64,000 nt of DNA from Deinococcales bacterium (GCA_031414595.1 JANNVX010000075.1:28347-92346); one strand, 5' to 3'. Positions 30,289 through 40,911 are shown, counted from the first letter of the stretch. Notes: a model not told the origin generated them from the letters alone. Made by a program: numbers and translations.

Positions 30289-31503
30289 TTAACCATTTTG
30301 CGACATCTCGAGTCTACCAAATTGCGATGACCTCGAGATACCACCACCTCTGTGTCCTGAATCCTGAACCGAGGCTTGTACAACTCGAGCCGCAGCCATT
30401 TGCACTTCAAGCCGAGGGTCTTCTAAGAGTGGCGCAACCAACAATTTGGCTTTTTCGCCAAAAGTGGCAAGTTGTTCGGCTGCCACGCTACGAATTCGCC
30501 AGTCTTGGTCTTGAAGAAATTCGAGTAAGCTGCTGCTGTCCTCGAGTTTTAGTTGTTGAATTGCAGCAATTCTGACCGTTCTGGATTGGGCTTCTAAGGC
30601 TCGGGTGCGGTTATTACCGCCAACCCCAGCCCGAATTGCGGCGGCTTGGATTTCTGGGTCTGGGTCGAGTAGATATTGCTCGAGTTGTGGTTGAAATTGA
30701 GCCGTGATTTCTGGATAGGCAGCGGCTCGGATGGCTTCTAAGCGGGTGTTTTCTTGGTGCATGGCTTTGAGAATTAAATCTGGCAGTTGCTTGGCATTGG
30801 TTTTGGCAGCTAAATTCAGTATCCAAACTTGGTTTTCTTGACTCAGGTGCGTCCAGATTGGACTGAGTTGTTCAACTGCTTCTAGGGCGTACTGCTCGAG
30901 GTAATCGCGGGCTTGTTGGGCAAAAACAGCCTGTAATTCGGCTAACCACAGGGCTTTATGTTGCGCCAAACTGGGAACTTCGTGTTCGCTATCATTTAAC
31001 AGAGCCAAGCGCAAACGCACCGCCGCAGAATCATCGGCAGAACCAAGCCAAATGTTAGCAATGGATTCAGCACGGTTGGTATCTTTACCCAAGAGCGCTG
31101 CCTCGAGATGCGCCATTGATTTTGCCTCGCCGTCTTGGATTAAGCGAATGGCTGCACTGATGCGCTCGACGGTTTCATCCGAGAAAAACCAGATCCGCTC
31201 GAGTGTAGCGGTAATTCGCGGGTCTTTGGGCATGGCACAAATCGCGTTCAGCAAATAAGCACGGCTCTCGAGAACAAAGACCTGTTCAAGTTCTTGGCAT
31301 AAAAAACCAATTAAGTCCTGGTTGCCGTCCGTTCCCAACCCAAGCGCCGCGTTTGGGTTTTGGGCAATGGCTTCTAAAACACTTAAACGGGTTAGCATAT
31401 CGCTTGAGTTAATCGCGTTAAACAAGTCTTGGGCGGTGTTGAGGTGCAAATCTTCGGTCTTGACTTCGGCAGCCGCCTCGAGTTGAGCTTCTAGGTTATT
31501 CAT
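30289..31503 (-). CDS. HEAT-repeat protein
   Basis: DPDPEIQAAAI, DQDWRIRSVAA, DPRLEVQMAAA; start MNNLEAQ overlaps upstream stop. Confidence 0.8.
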   Translation of the reverse strand: MNNLEAQLEAAAEVKTEDLHLNTAQDLFNAINSSDMLTRLSVLEAIAQNPNAALGLGTDGNQDLIGFLCQELEQVFVLESRAYLLNAICAMPKDPRITATLERIWFFSDETVERISAAIRLIQDGEAKSMAHLEAALLGKDTNRAESIANIWLGSADDSAAVRLRLALLNDSEHEVPSLAQHKALWLAELQAVFAQQARDYLEQYALEAVEQLSPIWTHLSQENQVWILNLAAKTNAKQLPDLILKAMHQENTRLEAIRAAAYPEITAQFQPQLEQYLLDPDPEIQAAAIRAGVGGNNRTRALEAQSRTVRIAAIQQLKLEDSSSLLEFLQDQDWRIRSVAAEQLATFGEKAKLLVAPLLEDPRLEVQMAAARVVQASVQDSGHRGGGISRSSQFGRLEMSQNG

Positions 31504-32627
31504 GAGCCAGCCACTCCAAAAACCACGGTACGACGGGTGGGTCTGGTCGCACTTGGTCCACAACCACAACCCGAGCCTTGCATCGCAAAGGCTTTGTTGA
31601 CTGCGCCAATCGTATTCTCGAGCGGATTAAAAGCATCTACGTTCTGCCCAAGGTTTGTGCCGGTCAGTGCAGAAATAAAATCCACAATGCTCCACAGCCA
31701 TTTGTTGCCAAAGTACCCAAACTTAGAATGGGAAATCGCTAGTTCAATCCCAACTTGGACTTCGACGCGGCTGGTTTGTTTGATTTTCAAACTCAGTTTG
31801 TTGTCTGGGTTGCCTGCTTGGTCGCCGCCGGCGTTGCGGTCTCCGATGGTGTTGCTGCCAGACCAACGCAAATTGTTGTACGACTGCTTACCAATCACAA
31901 TTTCGTTCGGTACAACCGTGATTGGAAACCCAACTTGCAACACAGGACCGGCAATGATTGTGCCGCCAACAATCCTAAAAATATCGTTAATGGCTCGAGT
32001 AAACGGAATCAGGTCAATGACGTTGAGTGTCCCTTCGACACCGGGGGTTAAATCAATTGTGCCTTTAGATTTCCATTCACCATTTTTTGTTTGGAACAAG
32101 TCAAAATCTATTGTTCCGACAGTTGAGGTTTTTGGCTTGTCCGAACCTTTGCCAGTAGAACCCGAAGTTCCTGCTCGGCTAATCAAGTAATCCAAAAAGA
32201 CTTTTAAGACGTTAATTCTAAATTCGCCATCTCCTGTAAAGCGTGGAATGATTGGCGGATTGATGTTATAACTCCAAGTAATTGCAAACTCGAGTCCAAC
32301 TTGAATTCCGCCTGCAAAACCATCTTGCGTACCATCGCCGTATTTACCAGCCCAGTTGAGCAGCACAGGTGGATTGTTGTCGTAATTGCCGCCCACTTCG
32401 GTATTCATTGCCCAAGCAGGACCGCAAATACCAAAGAAGTAACTCCAACGCACATTGACTTTGACATCTAGAAAAAAACTTTCGTAGTTAATATTGATCA
32501 GTTCGCGTTGCACATTAGAACCTTGGACACTGGCTCGAGCCGTGCCAAGGGCTGGGATGATCGCAAAGCCTTGGCAAATATCAAGCGAAGGCGAAGTCTC
32601 GAGGGTGGTGAGGGCAAGATCTGGCAT
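31500..32627 (-). CDS. hypothetical beta-rich protein, no signal peptide, C-terminal GCGCG
   Basis: AAGGAG RBS before MPDLALTT. Confidence 0.7.
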   Translation of the reverse strand: MPDLALTTLETSPSLDICQGFAIIPALGTARASVQGSNVQRELININYESFFLDVKVNVRWSYFFGICGPAWAMNTEVGGNYDNNPPVLLNWAGKYGDGTQDGFAGGIQVGLEFAITWSYNINPPIIPRFTGDGEFRINVLKVFLDYLISRAGTSGSTGKGSDKPKTSTVGTIDFDLFQTKNGEWKSKGTIDLTPGVEGTLNVIDLIPFTRAINDIFRIVGGTIIAGPVLQVGFPITVVPNEIVIGKQSYNNLRWSGSNTIGDRNAGGDQAGNPDNKLSLKIKQTSRVEVQVGIELAISHSKFGYFGNKWLWSIVDFISALTGTNLGQNVDAFNPLENTIGAVNKAFAMQGSGCGCGPSATRPTRRTVVFGVAGS

Positions 32628-32640
32628 GATTATCTCCTTT

Positions 32641-34065
32641 CTAAAGTGGAATTCCAATAACCACCGATTGGCTTTTATCTTGGTGTTCAACCACAAAGAC
32701 CAGTCGTCCAGTATCGTCGGTGTGCATCGCCGTGTAACCAATGCCAATAAAATCTCCGACAGGGCTGTTGTGGTTGGCAAGGCGGTCTTTGTTGCGTAAA
32801 ATGGTACGGTTTTGCCGTCCATTGCTGACCACCAATTCAATGCCTGCGCCCGTGCTAACCAAGAAAAAACTGATCCCGTCGGTTGCCAAATGCGGTGTGG
32901 CAATGGCTTTGACGATTTGCCCTGTGGGGCTGCGATCCCCTGTTTTTAACAGCACTTGATTGTTCAAAACCAGAGCATGGTCGGCATTGTTAATCACCAC
33001 ATGGGCAACTTGATTATTTGCACCACAGCGCGGTGCAAAATAGGTCAGACCACTAACTCGAGCGTTGCTGGTGCGTAAACCACTGCTGATTGAACTGGTT
33101 TCGACTCGCAAATTGTTGGGCGTTCCAGTGCGAGCGCTGGCTGTGCCAATGGTGTTGAGGTTGCCACGCAGTACAGCCGTTTGCGATGCCCCTTGGACAA
33201 AGGCTGCACTCATTTCGGTGGCTGGGGTGAGCGTGGTTTGCATCACCAGTTGTCCGTTGTCGTGCAAGCAAATTAAGCCAAATTGTGAAATCAGCGCAGC
33301 GCTGCTGTTGGCAGCCAAAGGCGTGCCACTCGAGACGACCAAACTGGCTTCTGTGCCGTTGTTACCAGACAATTGAAAAACCCCTTGGCGCACTTCCTTA
33401 AAGCCTTGTTTGGTGGTGTGGTAATAGTTTGCCACAAAGACCAAATTTTTGCCGTGCAAACTGAGATCACCAAACATTCCTGCAAATTCGTGTCCGTCGT
33501 TGTTGGTCTGGTGTTCGTGCAGCACTCGAGTTAAACCGTTGGCGGTGCTTTTGTAAATGGCTTGCATTCGGATTGGGGTTGTACCACCATCAAAATTACC
33601 TTGGTCGTCGGTGGTTTGGCGTTTGGTTTCGGTGTCAACCATCACCACCACGGCTAATTCACCTTGGGAATTGATGTCATGGGCTGTAATTTCGACGACT
33701 TTGCGACCATCAAGAATTTCTTCGGTGCGAAGAATCCGTGTTTCTTTGGTCACTTGAGGGGTAGCCCCAGAAAACTCGAGTTGCAGGGTGTACAGACCAA
33801 TTTGTTTTTGCTGGTTGACTGCGCCGTAAACCACCCGCCCGTTATTGTCTATGGCAGCATCTAAGCGCAGATTCACCATTTGGTTGCCGTCCGGCAGGGC
33901 ATGAGCGCTATTTTTAAGCACAAAGAATTGGTAGCCGTTAGGCAGCACACCATCTGTGCCAATTGGCGGCGTGAGATTGTTGTTGGTTGTTCCACAAGCA
34001 CTTAAGAACGCACCTGAGAAGGTTAAACCTGTAGCTTTAAGAAAATTGCGGCGATCTATGTTCAT
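32641..34065 (-). CDS. Tat-exported lipoprotein, probable beta-propeller
   Basis: GAGGAGG RBS; DRRNFLK twin-Arg, LSAC lipobox; repeats like IDNNGRVVY, INSQGELAV, LHDNGQLVM, TDDTGRLVF. Confidence 0.8.
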   Translation of the reverse strand: MNIDRRNFLKATGLTFSGAFLSACGTTNNNLTPPIGTDGVLPNGYQFFVLKNSAHALPDGNQMVNLRLDAAIDNNGRVVYGAVNQQKQIGLYTLQLEFSGATPQVTKETRILRTEEILDGRKVVEITAHDINSQGELAVVVMVDTETKRQTTDDQGNFDGGTTPIRMQAIYKSTANGLTRVLHEHQTNNDGHEFAGMFGDLSLHGKNLVFVANYYHTTKQGFKEVRQGVFQLSGNNGTEASLVVSSGTPLAANSSAALISQFGLICLHDNGQLVMQTTLTPATEMSAAFVQGASQTAVLRGNLNTIGTASARTGTPNNLRVETSSISSGLRTSNARVSGLTYFAPRCGANNQVAHVVINNADHALVLNNQVLLKTGDRSPTGQIVKAIATPHLATDGISFFLVSTGAGIELVVSNGRQNRTILRNKDRLANHNSPVGDFIGIGYTAMHTDDTGRLVFVVEHQDKSQSVVIGIPL

Positions 34066-34076
34066 CCTAACCTCCT

Positions 34077-36362
34077 CTAATTTGTTCCCCAAGCTGTACC
34101 GTCTGGCACAGTGGTTGCGACCTTAAAAGTGCTGACCCGTTCGCCCGAAGGTTGTTCTTCTTCGCGTTCAATCAGTAAATTCCAACCCGCCAGTAATGCC
34201 ACATTGTATTTCAGGGTGCGGTTGACCTGACCAGAACAGGTTTGTGTACCATTTACGGTGGTGGCTGTTTCGAGATACCACCAACTGATTTTCTCAAGCG
34301 CTCCATCAGAATCTTCGTGGGTGATTTCAACTGGGGTTCTAAAGGTGCTTTGATTCCAAACTTCGATTTGTAAAGCACCGTATTTGCTGGCTGGGCTAAC
34401 CGTGATTGTGCCAGTGCAAACGGCTCGAGTCAGACTGAGTGGACTTAAAAGACTCGAGGAGACAGGGCTGGGCAGTGGTGTACTGACTTCGCCATTTGCA
34501 CCTAATGTAAGCTGAGCAATTTGCTGATTGGCAACTTTTAAGCGCAAACTGTTCTGGGCAAACGCACTGCCAACCGAACCACTCAAGGCACTCGAGGTGC
34601 TACCCGTATCGGGAATGCCTGGTTCTTTATCGGCTTCAAAGTACCACTGCGAGCCTGTCGGTAACGTACCTGATGTATGCAGCACCACTTCGTTATTATT
34701 TTTTAGCACCACTTGGTCAATCATCAAATTCCAACCTTGGATAAAATTGATGTTGTATTCATGGATTTCGTCTTGTCCGTCGCCACTTGGGCAGTTTTCC
34801 GAACCCGTGACTTGCACGGCACTGACAGCATAGACCCAACTGACCAGAAAACCACGTCCACCAACGGCGATCAAACCAATTGGCACCCCACTTCGGGTCG
34901 GCTCGAGAACAGCCATTGCACCTGTTGGAGTAGCCGGAGTCACAACTGCACTCGCTCCACACCCTTGGGTCAGGTCAAGCGGCTCGAGTAATGTGTTATC
35001 GAGCGTGGCTGGCAAGCTAAAGTTCAATTCACCAGTGGCGCTTAGAGTTGAAGCTCCAAGGCTTTTGCCTTTATTTGACTCGAGTTTCAAATCGGCAGCC
35101 GTGGTGTCCGTCCAACCACCCAATTTGCCACGCATCCGCGTTGGGCTGCTGCCTGCGTCCAAACCACCAAACGGACCTGGGGCAATACCCACACCTGTAT
35201 CTTCGAGTTGCACAAACCATTTTTGCCCTGTGGGGATAGTAATGAGGTTATTAAAGGTGCTGATTTGCAGAACGTTATCCTCGAGTTGCTGCACCAAATT
35301 CCAACCAGCTTTTAGGTTTAGATTGTACTGGGTCGAGAAAACCTCATCGCCGCTACCGCAACCTAGGACACCCGAAATCGTGACTGCACTCGAAGCGTAC
35401 CACCAACCAACTCTGGTCGAGTACGAACCCAAGAATGCCTTACCGACAATGTTGTTGCCTCGGTACAAGACTGTGTTCAGTTTGCCAATTAAAACACTGG
35501 GGTTATTGGCTATGACTGTTCCAGTACAACCCGCTTGGTTGAGGCTCGAGATTACCCCGAGTAAGGCTGGATTGATTGTGGCTGGAATCGCCACGTTAAA
35601 ACTGCCTGTTGCGCTTGTGGTTGCGACTGGTGTTGCACCAATCACCACGGCAGAAGCCGCACCTGGTTTCTCGAGTTGCAACCCAAGACCATAGCCAGCC
35701 ATACCAAGCGTACCTTTGACTTGACTCAAGCTGCTGCCGTCGTCATTGCCTTGGGCAGATTGTGCATCAAATGGTGTAACCACTTTCCAAGTGGTTGGAG
35801 TGTTATTAGCCGCAATGTTAAAACTGGTCTCGTCGGCATCAGTCAACACCAAATTCCAACCTGTTTTTAAGTTCAGGTTATAGACCGTGCCATTGCTAAT
35901 TTGTGGTCGGATACCCACAGATTTAGGGGCTGGGCAATTTAATGTGCCGCTCAGGGTGGTGTCGGCACTGACATAGACCCAACGCACTACCTTGTCGGAA
36001 TTACCAGCTTGTAACTCACCAATCGGTTGCCCAGCATTCTCGAGAACATAGGCTGCCCACGTGCCTTGAGCATTGGCTGGGGTCAGGGTCACACCTGTAC
36101 AACCAGTTGGCATTTTGAAAATAACTCCCAAAGCCGAAGCACTTGGGGTAGCAGGTAAATTGAGGGTAAACGCCCCAGCCCCGATGTTGCTTTCAGCTAA
36201 ACGACTGACAGGATTACTCGAGACAGAAAGAAGCACGGCTTTGCTTAAGGTTGGCGGAGTAAAGCCCAGAATTCCACCGCTAACGGTTAGTGGTACAGAA
36301 CCCCCACCGCACGCCACTGCTAAGATAAGCAATGTGGAAACAACTATATTTTTTTGCTTCAT
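34077..36362 (-). CDS. lipoprotein with four tandem ~190-aa beta domains
   Basis: AVAC lipobox; YNLNLKTGWNLV, YNLNLKAGWNLV, YNINFIQGWNLM, YNVALLAGWNLL, each preceded by a Cys pair. Confidence 0.82.
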   Translation of the reverse strand: MKQKNIVVSTLLILAVACGGGSVPLTVSGGILGFTPPTLSKAVLLSVSSNPVSRLAESNIGAGAFTLNLPATPSASALGVIFKMPTGCTGVTLTPANAQGTWAAYVLENAGQPIGELQAGNSDKVVRWVYVSADTTLSGTLNCPAPKSVGIRPQISNGTVYNLNLKTGWNLVLTDADETSFNIAANNTPTTWKVVTPFDAQSAQGNDDGSSLSQVKGTLGMAGYGLGLQLEKPGAASAVVIGATPVATTSATGSFNVAIPATINPALLGVISSLNQAGCTGTVIANNPSVLIGKLNTVLYRGNNIVGKAFLGSYSTRVGWWYASSAVTISGVLGCGSGDEVFSTQYNLNLKAGWNLVQQLEDNVLQISTFNNLITIPTGQKWFVQLEDTGVGIAPGPFGGLDAGSSPTRMRGKLGGWTDTTAADLKLESNKGKSLGASTLSATGELNFSLPATLDNTLLEPLDLTQGCGASAVVTPATPTGAMAVLEPTRSGVPIGLIAVGGRGFLVSWVYAVSAVQVTGSENCPSGDGQDEIHEYNINFIQGWNLMIDQVVLKNNNEVVLHTSGTLPTGSQWYFEADKEPGIPDTGSTSSALSGSVGSAFAQNSLRLKVANQQIAQLTLGANGEVSTPLPSPVSSSLLSPLSLTRAVCTGTITVSPASKYGALQIEVWNQSTFRTPVEITHEDSDGALEKISWWYLETATTVNGTQTCSGQVNRTLKYNVALLAGWNLLIEREEEQPSGERVSTFKVATTVPDGTAWGTN

Positions 36363-36463
36363 GGTTTCCTTTACGAGAAGGCTGCTTTGTACTCGAGCAA
36401 CCTTCGTAGCAGATACTGATGAGATACCCTCGAGTCAGACCATCTGACTTGAGGTTGACCGAT

Positions 36464-36559
36464 TTAGCGCAGACCGACTAAACTTGCGCCAGTGCAGATG
36501 TACAGGCGGCTAAAGATAATCCGAAATAGGGCAATTAAACCAATATATTTTACTTTCAT
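36464..36559 (-). pseudogene. frameshifted lipoprotein signal-peptide remnant
   Basis: AAGGGG RBS, MKVKYIGLIALF; removing one base gives GLSLAACTSALAQV* with an LAAC lipobox. Confidence 0.45.
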
Positions 36560-36668
36560 ACCAACCCCTTTTTGTGGTCTCGAGTTTGCGTGTTAAGAAC
36601 TTCACATTGACTAATTAACAAAGCATCCGACCTCCTGCCAAACCCCTGTGTGGTTTTTGATGAGATGG

Positions 36669-36704
36669 AGTTTAGTTAAAGTGGCGTGAGTCGAACGTGA
36701 GTCA
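36669..36704 (-). promoter_or_regulatory. direct-repeat promoter D
   Basis: GACTCACG x2 (period 11), 10 nt, TAAACT. Confidence 0.7.
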
Positions 36705-36718
36705 GTAAAAAGAACAAA

Positions 36719-39547
36719 TCACGCTTTGGAAAATTTCAAACTCGAGACCAAAACTGCGGGTTGTTGATGCACCAAGTCAGCCGATGGTTGATGCAGCAAA
36801 TCAAAGGCTTGCTCGAGGTTATAAAAAGCAGCTTTGCGTTTTAAGGTACTGAGTTGCTTTTCGTCCAAGTGGGCTTTTAGCATATCTTGGCTTAAAGCTT
36901 TGCGCGAGTCGTCTTGATCGTGTTGCAATAAGTACTGACCTATAAAAAACAGCAACGCCGCTTTCTCAAAATACCCTTCACGAAATGCCAAATACGAATA
37001 ATCCGCCAGCAATTCAAACAGCGACAAGCTAAAACCAATCCGTTTGGCTAAAGATTCGGCTTGTGCCAAATAACGCCTTGCTTCGGTAAATACCCCGCGT
37101 CTGATTGCATTTGCACCAAGGTGTTCTAAAATTACTGCCGCATGGATTTTGTTCTGAGTGGCTTGAAAATGTAGCAATGTCTCGAGTAACCAAGTTCGTT
37201 CGGTTTCATAATCGTGGCGTTTACCAAAAACCAGTGCATGTTCACCCATCGTGGTTGCCATGCCGTGCTGGTCACCAAATTGCTGGAACAACAAGAAACT
37301 CTGGGTAAAAGCCTCTTCTGCTTCGTCCCATGAACCCAAAGCATAATGGCTACAACCAAGATCAAAATATGCCAATGGTTCTAGCCAAGTTACATGGTAC
37401 TGTTGCGTGACCAACAAGGATTCTTGGCTATATTGAAGCGCATTTTGATGATCGAGTTGCTCTTTAGAAGAGATATACAATAGTCGCAAGGCTCGAGCCA
37501 TCAGCACATAATCTTTGACTTCTTGTGCCAAAAGCAAGCCTTTTTGGGCATGGCTGCTCATCTTGGCGACCTGCATCTTTAAGTAACAGCAATACCCTTG
37601 AGACCAAAAACAATGCCCGCGCAAAGCTGGCTGGTCAGCTAACCTCGGATCGGTTAATAATTGGGCAAACCAAACCAATTGTTCTTCGATATAACCACGC
37701 TGGGAAAAAAATCGAATCATATTTTTTAGCATTTGGGTCAACCTGATTGGTTGATTTGTTAAACCCCAAGCAATGGCTAAACGAATATGTTCAAATTCAT
37801 CTTGTGCGGCTAAATACGTCTCGTATTCTGTAGGAACACCAGTGTTGTCCCAAACTTTTTGGGCAATATCAAAACTCCACTCGAACAACTGTGCAAGGGT
37901 TTGATTTTTTTCTTCGTCCAGAAGATAAAACTGAGCATACTGACGAATCACTTCGTGCAGAAATAAGCGCTGGCTTCGTTTGGAAATCAGGCTTTTGTTG
38001 ATCAAACCATGCAGCAAGCCCTGCGTCGCCCCAGTCAAAAACGTGGCTAAGGAAGGTTCAAAGCCGTCAGTCAAAACACTCAATTGTGCCAAAACACGCT
38101 GCTCGGTTTGGGTCAGTAAATTCCAAGAAGTTAAAAAAATAGCCTCTAAACTGCGATGTCGAATTGGTAAATCCAAAGCTGGTTGAACTGCCAAAACCTC
38201 TAGATTACGCTCGAGTTCAAGCACAATCTGCGCCAAACCGTAGACCCGCAGTAATCCCGCCGCCAGCAAAATTCCAAGTGGTGAACCCGAAACGGCTTTA
38301 TGAATGCGCCCTATAAACTCGAGGTCGGTGCTGCGCCACGAAAAATGCAGGTCGTTGCGCTTAGCTTGACGTTCAAATAACAAAGTCGTTTCTTGTGATT
38401 CAAAAGGAAACAAATCATCTAGGGCAGGAAAACCCGTCACCTCGAGCAGTTGCTCATAACTCAAATTCAGGGCTTCACGGCTGGTGACAAGAATATGCAA
38501 AGCCCCAACTTGACCCAGTAAATCAGCCACGATTGGCGCAGCCGCAATGATATGTTCAAAATTATCCAAGACCAACAGCAAATCTTTTTGTCCAAGAATA
38601 TGCTTAATCTGCGTCATCACTTCTGTTCCAGCCGTCACCCCAAGTGCCTCAACAATCGCGGGCAGCAATTCCTCGGATTTAGAAACCGAGACCAAAGACA
38701 CAAACACCACACCACCCAAGAATTTTGAACGCAAGGCGATTTCAAGAGCTAAACGGGTCTTACCAATTCCACCAACGCCAAGCAATGTGACCAAACGCTG
38801 CTCAGTGGCAAATAGATACTCAATTTGCTCGAGTTCGGCTTGTCTGCCAATCAGCGAATCTGAAACCACTGGAATCACCCGAAATGGCTCATATTGATTC
38901 TGCTCTGCCCAAGCCAGTAGACGCTTAATCTGATCATCTGGTTTTTCGGACAAAGTGCTTAAAGCAGCTTCGTGCAAACCGTAAATTTGTTTGCTAAAGA
39001 CCAAATCTGCTGTCCCACGCTGCAAAGCCATTTGCACCAGTTTTGACTCGAGCGGCTCGAGTTGCACAGCGGCTAAAAACACCGCTTGGGCTTGGGTATC
39101 AGGCAGTGGCTGGGTGGCAAATTCAACTGCCCGAACAAACATCTGCTGTAAACCCTGACGTTCGGTTTGCAACCAAGTCTCGAGTTCTGGTTCATCCGCC
39201 ACAACCATACCCTTTAAGAATTCACCTCGGTACAGTTTGCTTGCCTCGAGCCAGTGCTGGGCTTCATAGACTTTTTTGAACTGCCGCAAATCTGAATCGC
39301 TTTGGTAGCACAACCGCGAACGCTCGATTTGCAAACCCGCACAAAAATCAAATTGCTGCGCCCGACGCAACAACTGCCGCAACCGTACCTGTGTCACTTC
39401 GAGTGGCGCTTCTGACCACAACAGCGCCATAAGGCTCTCTCTCGAGACCCAATCACCCGCCAAGACCAAAATTGCCACCAACACCGTCGAGCGCTCGAGC
39501 GGAATCGGAGCGCCTTGAAAGTCTGGTGTGCCAAATAAACGCAACAT
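36719..39547 (-). CDS. AfsR/SARP-like regulator (wHTH-BTAD, STAND NTPase, TPR)
   Basis: W.SRE.L..LLW, LYRGEFL.G, LIGRQAEL, GVGGIGKTRLA, LVLDNFEH, TSREAL, RHRSL, TPRs. Confidence 0.9.
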   Translation of the reverse strand: MLRLFGTPDFQGAPIPLERSTVLVAILVLAGDWVSRESLMALLWSEAPLEVTQVRLRQLLRRAQQFDFCAGLQIERSRLCYQSDSDLRQFKKVYEAQHWLEASKLYRGEFLKGMVVADEPELETWLQTERQGLQQMFVRAVEFATQPLPDTQAQAVFLAAVQLEPLESKLVQMALQRGTADLVFSKQIYGLHEAALSTLSEKPDDQIKRLLAWAEQNQYEPFRVIPVVSDSLIGRQAELEQIEYLFATEQRLVTLLGVGGIGKTRLALEIALRSKFLGGVVFVSLVSVSKSEELLPAIVEALGVTAGTEVMTQIKHILGQKDLLLVLDNFEHIIAAAPIVADLLGQVGALHILVTSREALNLSYEQLLEVTGFPALDDLFPFESQETTLLFERQAKRNDLHFSWRSTDLEFIGRIHKAVSGSPLGILLAAGLLRVYGLAQIVLELERNLEVLAVQPALDLPIRHRSLEAIFLTSWNLLTQTEQRVLAQLSVLTDGFEPSLATFLTGATQGLLHGLINKSLISKRSQRLFLHEVIRQYAQFYLLDEEKNQTLAQLFEWSFDIAQKVWDNTGVPTEYETYLAAQDEFEHIRLAIAWGLTNQPIRLTQMLKNMIRFFSQRGYIEEQLVWFAQLLTDPRLADQPALRGHCFWSQGYCCYLKMQVAKMSSHAQKGLLLAQEVKDYVLMARALRLLYISSKEQLDHQNALQYSQESLLVTQQYHVTWLEPLAYFDLGCSHYALGSWDEAEEAFTQSFLLFQQFGDQHGMATTMGEHALVFGKRHDYETERTWLLETLLHFQATQNKIHAAVILEHLGANAIRRGVFTEARRYLAQAESLAKRIGFSLSLFELLADYSYLAFREGYFEKAALLFFIGQYLLQHDQDDSRKALSQDMLKAHLDEKQLSTLKRKAAFYNLEQAFDLLHQPSADLVHQQPAVLVSSLKFSKA

Positions 39548-39730
39548 ACACTGACCAAAATTATAAACCGTGAATCAGTAAATACCAAGCCCAGACAGCG
39601 AAAACCAGATTGTATTTATTGAGCATTTCAGTATTAACTTGCCTATTTTGCAAGCGGCTGTCAGCACGACTTATGGGTTTGCGATCAAAATCTGGTGCGG
39701 CATTTGCATAATTATTGGTAAACTGTCCAC

Positions 39731-39982
39731 ATGACCAAATCCCCCAATCCCGAAATTATTGTCACCGAACTCGATGATGAACTGGTGCTGCTCAATCCTC
39801 GCACCCAAGCGATGTTCACTTTGAACGGCACAGGCAAAATCATCTGGCAGCACCTTGGTAAAAATACTGCTGAAGAAATCGCGCTTAAAATCACCGAAGT
39901 CTTTGAAATTGATTTAGCAACCGCCAAAAAAGACACCTTTGATTTACTCGAGTCCTTAGAAAAATCTGGCTTGTTGGTATGA
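39731..39982 (+). CDS. PqqD-family protein (RiPP recognition element)
   Basis: ELDDELVLL..., FTLNGTG..IW.HL, EEI...I...FEID...A.KD...LL..L...GL. Confidence 0.9.
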   Translation: MTKSPNPEIIVTELDDELVLLNPRTQAMFTLNGTGKIIWQHLGKNTAEEIALKITEVFEIDLATAKKDTFDLLESLEKSGLLV

Positions 39983-40911
39983 CCGATGTCAAACTCGTTG
40001 GTATGACCGATGTCAGATTGAACGAATTTGATTTTAAGTTGCTTGGACGGCGTATTTCTGGCATTGCCTCGGCGGGTGCTGTTGCGCTGCTACGGCGTTT
40101 ATTTGATTTTCCTAGCCATGCCGATGCACTCGAGACCACTTGGACTGTACAAGTTACACAAGTCCAAAATACCATTCCTAAACTCGAGAATTCCTACCTT
40201 GCAGCCGTGCATAACGGCAGTGTCGAAATTGCCAATCTGGAAAATAGCACGTTTGTCACGCTCGAGAATAGCGCTGTACAACTCGAGTTATTTAATTCTG
40301 GCGCTAAGCTAATTCTTTACGGCTCGAGCCAAGGCTTATATGCTTGCCTGATGGTTGGGATGATTGAAGCGATTCGGGCTTCGGGGTTGTTGCCGATGCA
40401 TACTTCTATTGCCTCTAAAAACGGGGTTGGCACAGCTTTTACAGGTGAATCTGGACGTGGCAAAACCACCACTTTAATTCACAGTATCAAAGCTGGTTTT
40501 TTACCAATTTGCGAAGATTTTGCATGGCTCGAGCCGAGCAGCTTGGAGGTTTTTGGTTGCGACAGGGGCTTGCGTTGCTTGCCCGATACTTTAGAGCGGG
40601 TCAAGCGCTTTTTTCCAGATGTCCAGCCAATTGCCTTTGAAGTAGATAAGCACCTTGTTCCGTTTGAACAGCTTGCACCAAGGGCTTGGCATTGCCGCTT
40701 AGAACGCCTTTGGACCCTCGAGCGGGACTTAACAAAGCCTACTCGTCTCGAGGTTCTGCCAGCCGCTCAGTGTGTCATGGCATTGTACGGTGCAACGGGT
40801 GTACCACTGACTGCCCAAACCAGAGCGCTCAGCAGTTTGCACATGGCAAGCCTAGCCAAACGCCTCGAGATTGCGCGTTTGCACATTGGGAATACGGCGT
40901 TGCCATTTTAA
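39979..40911 (+). CDS. HPr-kinase-like P-loop protein
   Basis: GLLPMHTS, F.GESGRGKTT, ICEDF; ATGA-coupled to PqqD. Confidence 0.75.
   Translation: MTDVKLVGMTDVRLNEFDFKLLGRRISGIASAGAVALLRRLFDFPSHADALETTWTVQVTQVQNTIPKLENSYLAAVHNGSVEIANLENSTFVTLENSAVQLELFNSGAKLILYGSSQGLYACLMVGMIEAIRASGLLPMHTSIASKNGVGTAFTGESGRGKTTTLIHSIKAGFLPICEDFAWLEPSSLEVFGCDRGLRCLPDTLERVKRFFPDVQPIAFEVDKHLVPFEQLAPRAWHCRLERLWTLERDLTKPTRLEVLPAAQCVMALYGATGVPLTAQTRALSSLHMASLAKRLEIARLHIGNTALPF

Noticed and set aside
31500-34092. Apparent long overlaps between ORF-track genes 30289, 31500, 32641 and 34077
   Set aside because: Overlaps vanish when the RBS-supported or coupled starts (31503, 32627, 34065) are used.
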